Positions 38,007 to 46,944 of a stretch of 64,000 nucleotides of DNA are shown one piece after another (position 1 is the stretch's first letter; every line of letters starts with the position of its first letter). Below the pieces are notes generated by a model, which saw nothing but the letters and a program-made list of their open reading frames with translations, searched no databases and was not told the origin of the DNA. The translations under genes were made by a program, and so were the position numbers. The stretch lies in NCBI GenBank assembly GCA_023455425.1, contig JAEYCM010000013.1:1-64000 (forward strand). The letters are read 5' to 3'. This DNA comes from Bacillota bacterium. Its GTDB lineage: Bacteria > Bacillota > Clostridia > Christensenellales > CAG-138.

Positions 38007-38857
38007 TTCCTGGCGATTTTATCTACTGCAAGACAGATACATTGAAGGAAGCTGCCGAGGCATATAAGGGATATGCAAAAGAAGGCAGACAGGTGTGCTA
38101 TTACGGCGGCGGCAGCGAGATCATCACCATGAGCCGCGCGGGCAGCATATGCCCCGATGTTGTGATTGACTATAAATCCATTCCCGAATGCAGGGTGTTG
38201 GAGATTGACGGGGAACATCTCGTCATCGGCGCGGCGCTTTCGCTCACCGCAATCAAGGACTCAAAACGCTTTCCTATGCTGAGCAGCGCCTGCGGGCGGG
38301 TGGCGGACCACACCAACCAATGCCGCATTACGCTGGGCGGCAACCTGTGCGGGTCCATCCGTTACCGTGAATGTAGCCTGCCGCTGCTGGTCTCGGACGC
38401 AAAGCTGTTGCTCTCTTCCGGCAAAAGAACGCGTACCGTGCCCTTTTGCGATGTGTTCCACGAACGTATGCGGCTGGAACCCGGGGAACTGGTCGTGCAG
38501 GCGCTTGTGCCCGTAAACGCGCTTAAGGCGCCGTTTGCGCATATCAAAAAATCGCCCGGCGAGAAGATCGATTATCCGCTTGTGGACGTCACGGCAATGC
38601 TTTTTCACGATAAACTGCGCGCGGCGTTCTCCGGCGTGTGCGGCTTTCCATTCCGGAGTGCCGAAATGGAAGCGGCACTCAACGACAGATCAAAACCCAT
38701 CCCGGAGCGCGTACGGGCGGTAACCAAGCATTTGCCCGCAAAACCCGTGACGGATGCGGAGGGCAGCGGGGCATATCGTCTTTTCATACTGGAACGGACG
38801 CTGGAAAACCTGTTGTCCGCATGGGAGAACGGCAGCCTGGAAGGAGAAGGCGCATGA
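38003..38857 (+). CDS. Molybdopterin dehydrogenase FAD-binding subunit (CoxM/XdhB-like)
   Basis: 284 aa with an FAD_binding_5 domain. Its ATGA overlaps the large-subunit stop. Confidence 0.8.
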   Translation: MIPGDFIYCKTDTLKEAAEAYKGYAKEGRQVCYYGGGSEIITMSRAGSICPDVVIDYKSIPECRVLEIDGEHLVIGAALSLTAIKDSKRFPMLSSACGRVADHTNQCRITLGGNLCGSIRYRECSLPLLVSDAKLLLSSGKRTRTVPFCDVFHERMRLEPGELVVQALVPVNALKAPFAHIKKSPGEKIDYPLVDVTAMLFHDKLRAAFSGVCGFPFRSAEMEAALNDRSKPIPERVRAVTKHLPAKPVTDAEGSGAYRLFILERTLENLLSAWENGSLEGEGA

Positions 38858-39327
38858 AAGTATACGAGGGGAAGACAGTCATCACGCTCACCGTCAACGG
38901 CGAACCTAGAGACGTCATGGCGCGGCCCTCCGACGTGCTGTTGGACGTACTGCGTACCCAATTGCATTTGACCGGTGCAAAGCCCGGCTGCAAAAACGGA
39001 GACTGCGGCGCGTGCACCGTGCTTCTTGACGGGTGGCCCGCAAAATCCTGTTTGGTGCTGGCTGTGGAATGCGTAGGGCATGATATCCTCACAGTAGAAG
39101 GGCTTCAAGGTACAGCCCCCGTGCAGCAGGCGTTTGTGACGCACAACGCATTCCAGTGCGGCTACTGTACGCCGGGCTTTTTGATGGTATCCCATGCGCT
39201 CCTTACCCACCACCCGCAGCCGGAGGAATATCAGCTGGAGGAATGGCTGCAAAGCAACATCTGCCGCTGCACCAGCTACAATGAAATTCGCAAGGCGCTC
39301 AATTCGCTGATCGACACGCAGGCATGA
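38854..39327 (+). CDS. (2Fe-2S)-binding subunit (CoxS/XdhC-small-subunit-like)
   Basis: 157 aa from MKVYEGKT. It has Cys clusters CKNGDCGACTV and C..C..CRCTSY. ATGA overlap with the upstream gene and a GGAAGGAGAAGG RBS. Confidence 0.8.
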   Translation: MKVYEGKTVITLTVNGEPRDVMARPSDVLLDVLRTQLHLTGAKPGCKNGDCGACTVLLDGWPAKSCLVLAVECVGHDILTVEGLQGTAPVQQAFVTHNAFQCGYCTPGFLMVSHALLTHHPQPEEYQLEEWLQSNICRCTSYNEIRKALNSLIDTQA

Positions 39328-39356
39328 AAACGCCCGCCTAATCAGGCGGGCGTTAC
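39327..39356. terminator. Bidirectional rho-independent terminator
   Basis: AACGCCCGCC-taatca-GGCGGGCGTT perfect 10-bp stem with AAAA upstream, between convergent genes. Confidence 0.75.
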
Positions 39357-39386
39357 AAACGGTCCTATCGCTCTGCTTTGGTGATT

Positions 39387-40610
39387 TTACTCCTGCGGGT
39401 CGGCGCAGAGCTTTTCTTCAAACGCCTCGAGCGCCAGCACGGCGGCGCCGATTGCGCACCCAAGCGTACCCAACAAGGATGAGGCTTCCACGAGCACATC
39501 CTTTGCGTGCTGCGGATATTTGCGCCCGCGCGTATAGGTGCGGATGCGCTCCACGAACCGTTCGCTCAGGCTGGGCAGCGTACCGCCCAACACAATGAGT
39601 TCGGGGCTAAAGAGCGTGACCACATTGCCTAAGGCAAGCGCAATGGTCCGCGCGGCATTGTCTATAATATCCACAAACAGCGGAATCCCAAGATCGCTCA
39701 GGCGGAAAATGTCCTCCAGGCGCAGCGCCTCCACATCGCAGGGTACAGGGAGGTTGCAGTTGTCCATGAGCTTGATGCGCGTACGCGCCTCGTTGATAAG
39801 CGCCTCCCCTTTGACTAGGGCCTCCAGGCACCCGTACTGACCGCAGGTACAGCGGGGACCGTTGGGCTCGATGAGCATATGGCCAATTTCCCCCGCGCCG
39901 TCCTTGAACCCATGGATGACATTGGCGTTGGTCACAAGGCTGCCGCCGATGCTCTGCTTAAACATCATCAGATAAAACATCGTTTTGTAGGAAGCCGCCA
40001 TGCCGAAGCCTGCCTCCGCAAGCGCCGCGGCATTTGTTTCCCTGTCGCAGCAGCAGGGGATCCCCAGACGTTCCTCCAATATGGAACAGATGGCGACATT
40101 CTTAAGATCCGGGAAATTGGGCGGGTTAATCAATATCCCGTTGCGCGAATCGAGCGGACCGGGCGCGGCTACTCCCAAACCCAGTACGCGTTCCTTTTCA
40201 ATACCGCCTTTTTTAAGGAGATATTCGACCCCCTGCACGATATTATCCAGTATCGTTTCCTTGGGGGCATACCGGTCCACTTCGATTTCATAATCCATGA
40301 CGGGGCGCGCCTTAAAATCGCACAGCATAAAGCTGATTCCGTCCGTGGTGAGCACGACCCCGGCAAGATAGTACGCTTCCGGATTGATATCGAGCATGAT
40401 GGGGCGGCGGCCTTTTGAGGCGTTTGCTACGCCTGTCTCCACCAGGATATTACTTTTAATAAGAGCCGCGACAATATTCGTAACGGCAGGCGACGTCAGC
40501 CCAAGCTCCTTTGCAAGCTCGGCGCGCGAGATCGGCGCCCGTTTTCGCACCGCATCCAGCACAATCCGGGCATTGTTCATCTTCATTGTCTGGCTGTTGA
40601 TTTTTTCCAT
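39387..40610 (-). CDS. ROK-family transcriptional regulator (NagC/XylR-like: N-terminal HTH plus sugar-kinase fold)
   Basis: 407 aa with an N-terminal winged HTH (RAELAKELGLTSPAVTNIV) and a ROK domain with a Cys/His zinc motif (CTCGQYGCLEA). Confidence 0.8.
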   Translation of the reverse strand: MEKINSQTMKMNNARIVLDAVRKRAPISRAELAKELGLTSPAVTNIVAALIKSNILVETGVANASKGRRPIMLDINPEAYYLAGVVLTTDGISFMLCDFKARPVMDYEIEVDRYAPKETILDNIVQGVEYLLKKGGIEKERVLGLGVAAPGPLDSRNGILINPPNFPDLKNVAICSILEERLGIPCCCDRETNAAALAEAGFGMAASYKTMFYLMMFKQSIGGSLVTNANVIHGFKDGAGEIGHMLIEPNGPRCTCGQYGCLEALVKGEALINEARTRIKLMDNCNLPVPCDVEALRLEDIFRLSDLGIPLFVDIIDNAARTIALALGNVVTLFSPELIVLGGTLPSLSERFVERIRTYTRGRKYPQHAKDVLVEASSLLGTLGCAIGAAVLALEAFEEKLCADPQE

Positions 40611-41138
40611 TCCGCTATACGCCCCAGTGATCAGAACAAACTGATATAATTATTTTAATTAATAAACATTATTTGTATTTTACATTGATGGGAGCCGATA
40701 TTCTTTTTATAGCACAGTTTTATTCGAATTACAAGGCAAAAGCGCATTTCATAAATGGGTCTTATAAAAATCTCAGGGATAAAGCCTCGCTGTTGCGATA
40801 TATTATGTTAAACCAATTAAAAATATTGTTGCAAATTTATAACCAACATGATACGATATGCAGGCAAGGAACTCTCAGGCAATCCGCTTAATTTTTATGC
40901 AGAATGGAGCAAAAAACGCCCGATTCGTCACAAGTCGGCACGATGCGCCGTACATCCGCAGCGCCGCGTTTTAACAAGACATCAGACGATCTCATTTGCT
41001 TTCAGGAACCCCACCAATATTAATTAAAAAAAGTAAATGCCCGGTCGCAACAATGGTTGCTCTGTTTTCTTTGCATCAGATACCAGTTTTCAGTTTCGCG
41101 CAAACGCGAATGATCAATAATCAGGAGGAGAAACCAAA

Positions 41139-42203
41139 ATGAAGCACATCAAGCTGTCTATCGCATTGCTGCTGGTGCTGAGCATGTCCCTTGCCGCATT
41201 CGGCTGCGCCGCACCGGCGGCAGAAACCCCTGCGGCTCCCGAAGCCCCCGCGGCAACCGAAGCCCCGGCTGCACCCGCTCCCGAGGCCCCTGCCGCCGAA
41301 GAAACCATCAAGGTTGCAGGCGTTGTGTTCCAGGATGACCAGTTCATGAACATGCTCACCAAGGGCTATGTCGATGCCGCTGCGGCAGCGGGCGTAGAAT
41401 GCCTCACCGCCAACACCAGCAACGACCAGGCCAAGGAAGTGGAACTGATCAACACCTACGTTGGCCAGGGCGTCAAGGGTATCGCCATTGCGCCGTTGAG
41501 CTCCGATGCTTCCATCGCAGCGCTGCGCGACGCCAACGCCCAGGGCGTGCAGATCGCCATCACCAACCTCAACCTCGAAGGCGCAGACTTTATCGCGGGC
41601 GGCTATTGCTCCGACGACTTCACCAACTGCAAGCTCGTCGGCACGGAAGCGGCCAAAGCCATCAAGGAAAAGTTCGGCGACACCGAAATCAAGCTTGCCG
41701 TCGTACAGTTCAAGTCCCTGCTGGTTGACCAGTCCACCGCGCGCGTCAACGGTTACCTCGCGGGCCTCGATGAAGCCGGCGTGAAGTATACAATCGTTGC
41801 CGATCAGGACGCCTGGATGCAGGACACCGCACTTGAAACCGCGGGCGGCATCCTCACAGCCAACCCTGACCTCAACGTCATCATCACCGTGAACGACGGC
41901 GGCACCATCGGTTCCACCATGGCCGTTGCAAACGCGGGCCTCGCCGATAAGGTTCTGGTGTTCGGCCATGACGGAAGCGACCAGATCTCCAGCATGATCC
42001 TCGACACCGCAAGCCCCCTGTATGCCGTTGTCACCCAGGATCCCTACGGCCAGGGCTTCAACGCGATGACCGCGCTCATCAAGGCCATCAAGGGCGAAGA
42101 CATCTCCGAGACCAAGGGCAAGGTACAGTTTGTACCCGGTACCGTGCTCTCCAAGGGCGATCTCGAAGGCGTCAACAAGTGGCGCGCCGACAACGGCCTG
42201 TAA
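41139..42203 (+). CDS. Sugar ABC transporter substrate-binding lipoprotein (Peripla_BP / RbsB-like type I fold)
   Basis: 354 aa with a signal peptide and lipobox (LAAFGC), an AP-rich linker, and a ribose/xylose-binding-protein-like body. Confidence 0.8.
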   Translation: MKHIKLSIALLLVLSMSLAAFGCAAPAAETPAAPEAPAATEAPAAPAPEAPAAEETIKVAGVVFQDDQFMNMLTKGYVDAAAAAGVECLTANTSNDQAKEVELINTYVGQGVKGIAIAPLSSDASIAALRDANAQGVQIAITNLNLEGADFIAGGYCSDDFTNCKLVGTEAAKAIKEKFGDTEIKLAVVQFKSLLVDQSTARVNGYLAGLDEAGVKYTIVADQDAWMQDTALETAGGILTANPDLNVIITVNDGGTIGSTMAVANAGLADKVLVFGHDGSDQISSMILDTASPLYAVVTQDPYGQGFNAMTALIKAIKGEDISETKGKVQFVPGTVLSKGDLEGVNKWRADNGL

Positions 42204-42221
42204 GCCAAATTAATCAAAACC

Positions 42222-42262
42222 AGCCGCCGGTATGGCCTTGCGCCGTACCGGCGGGATTTTAG
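42222..42262 (+). terminator. Rho-independent terminator/attenuator downstream of the binding-protein gene
   Basis: CCGCCGGTATGG...CCGTACCGGCGG stem followed by GATTTT. Confidence 0.55.
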
Positions 42263-42610
42263 CGGTAGGCGCATGATGCGCCATCTTCCAAATTCCCGGC
42301 ATGCCCGGAGCGCCGCGCAGGAAAACAGTGCGTGGAGGGAGAATACTATATTGCCGCACTACGGAACCGTTTCAGCATGCGCTAGCTGCATACTGAAAGG
42401 AGCTTTCGCCTGCGGCGAAGTCCCATGGTTCTAAAATCGCGTCACCGGCGCGATTTTTACCCTTGTCAGCGACAGTTCGCAAACCTGATCTTTCGGCGTA
42501 TCCTCTAAAGGACGCACTGAACCCGCCGTCTCACGAAGCGCCCGGAATGCGCTATGAAACGGCCCTCTATCATATGTTACGTTATCTTATCTTTGGAAGG
42601 CGGATCAAAC

Positions 42611-44098
42611 ATGGCCGTACTTAAAACGAAGAGCCTCATAAAAGAATATCCCGGATGTGTGGCGCTCAACGACGTTTCCGTACAGTTTGACAGCGGAAAG
42701 GTACATGCGCTTTTGGGAAAGAACGGCTCGGGCAAATCCACTTTGGTCAAATGTTTTGCGGGCGTCGTCACCCCCACCTCCGGGGAAATGTTCCTGGATG
42801 AAACCAAGCTGCATTTTAACAGCCCGTCCGAAGCGTATGCAAAAGGCCTCGCCGTTGTGTACCAGGAAATGAGCCTGGTGCCCGGGCTTACCGTAACGGA
42901 AAACATTTTCTTAGGCCGCATGCCGAAAAAAAACGGCGTTATCGACTGGCGGACGGCCCACCGCATGGCGGCGGACATGCTCAAGCGCATGAAGGTGGAC
43001 ATCGACCCGAAGGAGCGCGTTTCAAGGCTGAGCATGTGGCAGTGCCAGGTGGTGGAAATTACCAAGGCCATGAGCTACAACCCCAAGGTGCTCATGCTTG
43101 ACGAACCCACCTCGGCGCTTGCGACGCATGAGGTTTCCTCCCTGTTTGAGGCCATACGCGAACTCAAAAAGCAGGACGTTATCATCATCTATATTTCACA
43201 CAAGCTGCACGAAATCCCCAAAATCGCCGATACCGTGACGGTGCTGCGCGACGGCCTGCTGATCGGCACCGCCAACATCAGCGAGATCGACGACCGCGGA
43301 ATCCTCCATATGATGTTCGGCGACGTCACCATCAAGCAGCGGCCTGCAGACCTAACGATACAGGATGAAACGGTGCTGGAAGTCAAAAACCTGACCCGTA
43401 CGGGCAAGTTTGAGGACGTTTCTTTTGTGCTCAAAAAAGGCGAGGTGCTGGGCATTGCGGGCATGCTCGGTTCCGGCAGGACGGAACTATTGAAGAGTAT
43501 ATTCGGCGCGGACCCGTACACCTCCGGTGAAATCATCGTAAAAGGCAAAAAAGTGCCGCGCAGAGTCTCCCCCATCTCCATGAAAAAGGCGGGGCTGGGC
43601 CTGACGCCCGAAGACCGCAAGGCGGAAGGGCTGGTGCTCATCCACTCCATCAACGACAACCTGTGCTACGCAAGTATGGATCGGTTGTCAAACGGCTGGG
43701 TGGAAAGCAGGAAAAAGCGCCTTAACGCCGCGGCCACACAGATACGGGACCTTCAGATCAAGGTGCCGGACGCGAAAAATTCCGCAAATTCGCTTTCAGG
43801 CGGCAACCAGCAAAAGGTCGTCGTAGGAAACTGGCTTAACACGCAGCCGGAAATCATGATGTACGACGAACCCTCGCGCGGGATTGACGTCTCCGCAAAG
43901 CAGCAGATATTTGAAATCATGTGGGAGCAGTCAAGAAAAGGCGTTTCCACCATATTCGTTTCCTCGGAGCTCGAAGAGCTATTGGAAGTCTGCCACAGGA
44001 TACTCATCATGCGCGGCGGGCGCATCACCGGCGAAGTCACCCCGGACGAAATCAACATTGAAAGCTTATATGCCATGAGCATGGAGGTAGCGGAGTAA
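42611..44098 (+). CDS. Sugar ABC transporter ATP-binding protein with duplicated ABC domains (RbsA/MglA-type)
   Basis: 495 aa from MAVLKTKSL after a GGAAGG RBS. It has two Walker A motifs (GKNGSGKST; GMLGSGRT) and two signature motifs. Confidence 0.85.
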   Translation: MAVLKTKSLIKEYPGCVALNDVSVQFDSGKVHALLGKNGSGKSTLVKCFAGVVTPTSGEMFLDETKLHFNSPSEAYAKGLAVVYQEMSLVPGLTVTENIFLGRMPKKNGVIDWRTAHRMAADMLKRMKVDIDPKERVSRLSMWQCQVVEITKAMSYNPKVLMLDEPTSALATHEVSSLFEAIRELKKQDVIIIYISHKLHEIPKIADTVTVLRDGLLIGTANISEIDDRGILHMMFGDVTIKQRPADLTIQDETVLEVKNLTRTGKFEDVSFVLKKGEVLGIAGMLGSGRTELLKSIFGADPYTSGEIIVKGKKVPRRVSPISMKKAGLGLTPEDRKAEGLVLIHSINDNLCYASMDRLSNGWVESRKKRLNAAATQIRDLQIKVPDAKNSANSLSGGNQQKVVVGNWLNTQPEIMMYDEPSRGIDVSAKQQIFEIMWEQSRKGVSTIFVSSELEELLEVCHRILIMRGGRITGEVTPDEINIESLYAMSMEVAE

Positions 44099-45084
44099 TG
44101 CTGCAAAACAAAAAAGCAAGAAACTTTCTTCTGGACCACATCATTGAAGTATTGCTTGTGATCCTGGTGGTGGGTATGTGGCTTGCAAGCCCGTCCTTCA
44201 TGACCTTAGGCAACTGGATGAACATATTGCGCAACGTCTCGCTTAAGGGCGTTATCGCGTTCGGCATGACGATGGTCATTATCGCCGGTATGATCGACCT
44301 TTCCATCGGCTCCACCGTGGCGCTTGCGGGCGTTATCGTGGCGCGGTTCTGCCGCGATCTTCCCGCCTCCACTGGCATGAGCGTGGATGTGGCTGCGATA
44401 TTGGGCATCCTGTGCGCGTTTGCGGCGGCTGTTGTCGTAGGCATCGTTCACGCCATTGCGGAGCACAGGTTCAGAATGCCCGCATTCATCGTGACTTTGG
44501 CCACGCAGAACCTTCTCTATGGTCTGGCGGGCATCCTGTGCGAAGGCTTCCCCATCGCAAACCAGTATCCCGCGTGGTTCGTCTACCTTGGCACCGGCAA
44601 AATCGGCGGCGTGCAGGGCTTCCCCATCCCCTCTGTCATTTTGCTGCTTGTATTTGCCGCGATTTTCTTTATTATGAATTACACAACCACCGGGCGTTCT
44701 ATCTACGCCGTGGGCGGCAACCCGGAATCGGCCCGGCTTTCCGGCATCAACGTGTTCAAGACAAAGGCGGTGGCGTTCATCACCGTACAGCTCATGTGCG
44801 TGCTGGGCGGCTTCATGAACAGCGCGCAGGTGCTCTCGGGCTCCTTCAGCTTCGGGCGCGGCTGGGAAGTTGACGTGATCTCCGCGGTCGTCATCGGCGG
44901 CACAAGCATGCTGGGCGGTATCGGCAAAGCGTGGGGCACACTCATCGGCATCATATTCCTGGGCGTCATCATCAACGGCATGACGATACTCAACATCAGC
45001 GTCTACACCCAGTATGTCATCCGCGGTATCCTTATGGCGTTCGCGGTGCTCATCGCGACCTATCAGGCCAAATCCAAGGCATAG
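44098..45084 (+). CDS. Sugar ABC transporter permease (RbsC/BPD_transp_2 family)
   Basis: 328 aa with ~9 TM helices. TAATG start/stop overlap with the ATPase gene. Confidence 0.8.
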   Translation: MLQNKKARNFLLDHIIEVLLVILVVGMWLASPSFMTLGNWMNILRNVSLKGVIAFGMTMVIIAGMIDLSIGSTVALAGVIVARFCRDLPASTGMSVDVAAILGILCAFAAAVVVGIVHAIAEHRFRMPAFIVTLATQNLLYGLAGILCEGFPIANQYPAWFVYLGTGKIGGVQGFPIPSVILLLVFAAIFFIMNYTTTGRSIYAVGGNPESARLSGINVFKTKAVAFITVQLMCVLGGFMNSAQVLSGSFSFGRGWEVDVISAVVIGGTSMLGGIGKAWGTLIGIIFLGVIINGMTILNISVYTQYVIRGILMAFAVLIATYQAKSKA

Positions 45085-45130
45085 CCCGCAATCAAGCGGC
45101 AACATTACATTGTAAAAGGGAGCAAGTGAT

Positions 45131-45814
45131 ATGAAACGGTCCGAAATCAACGCAATCCTTCGCGATACGCTCAAGTTTTTCAAAGAGCAAAACGTACACC
45201 TTCCCACCTTCTGCAGATGGACTCCGGAAGACTGGGCGAATATGGGCCACGAAGCGGATGAAATCCGCGATAATATGCTCGGCTGGGACATCACCGATTA
45301 CGGCGAGGGCAATTTTTACAAACTGGGCCTGCTTTTAGTTACCACGCGCAACGGCAACCAGAAGAACCCTCAGAAATATCCCAAGCCCTATGCGGAAAAG
45401 TATTTGGTTGTAGGCGAAAACCAAGTCACGCCCATGCACTACCATTGGAGCAAGATGGAGGATATCATCAACCGCGGCGGCGGCAACCTCATTATCAAGC
45501 TTTACAACTCCACCGAGGACGATCAGCTTGCCGATACGGATGTGACGGTAAGCGTGGACGGCGTGAGGTATACCTACCCCGCAGGCTATGAGTTGAAGCT
45601 GCTACCGGGCCAGGGCATCACGCTCACGCAGGGTCTTTTCCACCGCTTCTGGGGAGAACCCGGCCACGGCACCGTGCTGGTGGTGGAAGTCTCCATGTGC
45701 AACGACGATACGCACGACAACAATTTCTACGATAAGGCGGGCCGCTTCCCGGAAATCGAGGAGGACGAAGCGCCGCTGCACTTGCTGTGCAATGAGTATC
45801 CCCCTGCAAGATAA
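45131..45814 (+). CDS. D-lyxose/D-mannose-family sugar isomerase (cupin fold)
   Basis: 227 aa resembling characterised D-lyxose ketol-isomerases, with a conserved cupin His/Glu region (TPMHYHWSKMEDII). Confidence 0.65.
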   Translation: MKRSEINAILRDTLKFFKEQNVHLPTFCRWTPEDWANMGHEADEIRDNMLGWDITDYGEGNFYKLGLLLVTTRNGNQKNPQKYPKPYAEKYLVVGENQVTPMHYHWSKMEDIINRGGGNLIIKLYNSTEDDQLADTDVTVSVDGVRYTYPAGYELKLLPGQGITLTQGLFHRFWGEPGHGTVLVVEVSMCNDDTHDNNFYDKAGRFPEIEEDEAPLHLLCNEYPPAR

Positions 45815-45839
45815 CGCGGCTGCAATAAGGATGAATAAG

Positions 45840-46841
45840 ATGAAAAAAGGAATCTGCGTTGCGGGGAATATGATTGTCGACCACATCTATCCCATCGACA
45901 GCTATCCCAAGGCGGGCGAGCTTGCGGTGGTATTGGAAGGCATCTCCAAGAGCACCGGCGGCGCATTGTGCAATGTGATATTCGATCTTGCGAGGCTGGA
46001 CCCCAAGCTTCCTCTGACCGCGCTTGGCATGGTGGGTGACGACGCGGATGGCGAACTGATCCGTTCCCTGCTGCAGAAGTTTCCCAACATCGACCATTCG
46101 CGCATCCAGAAACAGGGCAAGACGTCCTTCACCATCGTTGTGAACGATATGCGCTCCAAGCAGCGCACGTTCTTTACCTATTACGGCGCAAGCGCGCTGT
46201 TTGACGAAAGCCGCATCGATTGGGATAACCTTGACTGCGACCTCTTGCACATCGGCTACATCATGCTGCTGGGCGCTCTGGATCAGGAAGACGCGGAATA
46301 CGGCACCAAGATGGCCCGGCTCTTGCACAGCGCAAAGCAGCGCGGCATCAAGACGTCCATCGATATCGTCAGCGAATCGAGCGACCGGCCGCAGAAGCTG
46401 GTGCCGCCCGCATTGAAGTACACGGATTACTGCATCATCAACGAGCTCGAGGCGGGCGCTGCGACGGGCATACCGCTTCGCACCGAGGATGGATGTTTGC
46501 TGCGGGAAAACCTGAAACCTGCGCTTACTAAGCTCAAGGAAATGGGCGTTTCCACCTGGGCGGTCATCCACTGCCCCGAAGGCGGCTATGGGCTTGACGA
46601 AGCCAACGCCTATGTGGAGGTGGACGGCCTGCGCCTGCCGGAAGGCTATATCAAGGGCACTGTCGGCGCGGGGGACGCGTTCTGCTCCGGGGTGCTGTAC
46701 GGCGCGTACCAGGGTTATCCGCTCCGCGAGGCGATCGAGCTTGGTACGGCGGCAGCGGCCTGTTCATTAAGCAAAGCCGACTCCACCAGCGGGTTAAGGC
46801 CCGTGGAGGAAGCCACGGCGCTGTATCGAAGGTTGCGGTAA
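45840..46841 (+). CDS. PfkB-family carbohydrate kinase (ribokinase/fructokinase-like)
   Basis: 333 aa from MKKGICVAGN, with an AAGGA RBS. The C-terminal PfkB signature is GAGDAFCSG. Confidence 0.8.
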   Translation: MKKGICVAGNMIVDHIYPIDSYPKAGELAVVLEGISKSTGGALCNVIFDLARLDPKLPLTALGMVGDDADGELIRSLLQKFPNIDHSRIQKQGKTSFTIVVNDMRSKQRTFFTYYGASALFDESRIDWDNLDCDLLHIGYIMLLGALDQEDAEYGTKMARLLHSAKQRGIKTSIDIVSESSDRPQKLVPPALKYTDYCIINELEAGAATGIPLRTEDGCLLRENLKPALTKLKEMGVSTWAVIHCPEGGYGLDEANAYVEVDGLRLPEGYIKGTVGAGDAFCSGVLYGAYQGYPLREAIELGTAAAACSLSKADSTSGLRPVEEATALYRRLR

Positions 46842-46894
46842 CATACCATAAACAAGCGCCCGGCAAAAGGGTCACTTCACAGGAAACGAAAACA

Positions 46895-46926
46895 GGGACG
46901 CCGGAACCACTTGGTTCCGGCGTCCC
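46895..46926. terminator. Rho-independent terminator (12-bp stem) between convergent genes
   Basis: GGGACGCCGGAACC-acttg-GGTTCCGGCGTCCC, with AAACGAAAACA on the plus-strand 5' side, which is a T-run for the minus-strand transcript. Confidence 0.65.
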
Positions 46927-46944
46927 TGCTGCATATACTGCTCA

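Noticed and set aside
40673-40891. 72-aa ORF inside the AT-rich intergenic region upstream of the ribose-type binding-protein gene.
   Set aside because: Its composition and codon usage are unlike every other gene in the window. It has no RBS and lies in a region better explained as promoter/operator DNA. It is kept only as part of the AT-rich-region finding.
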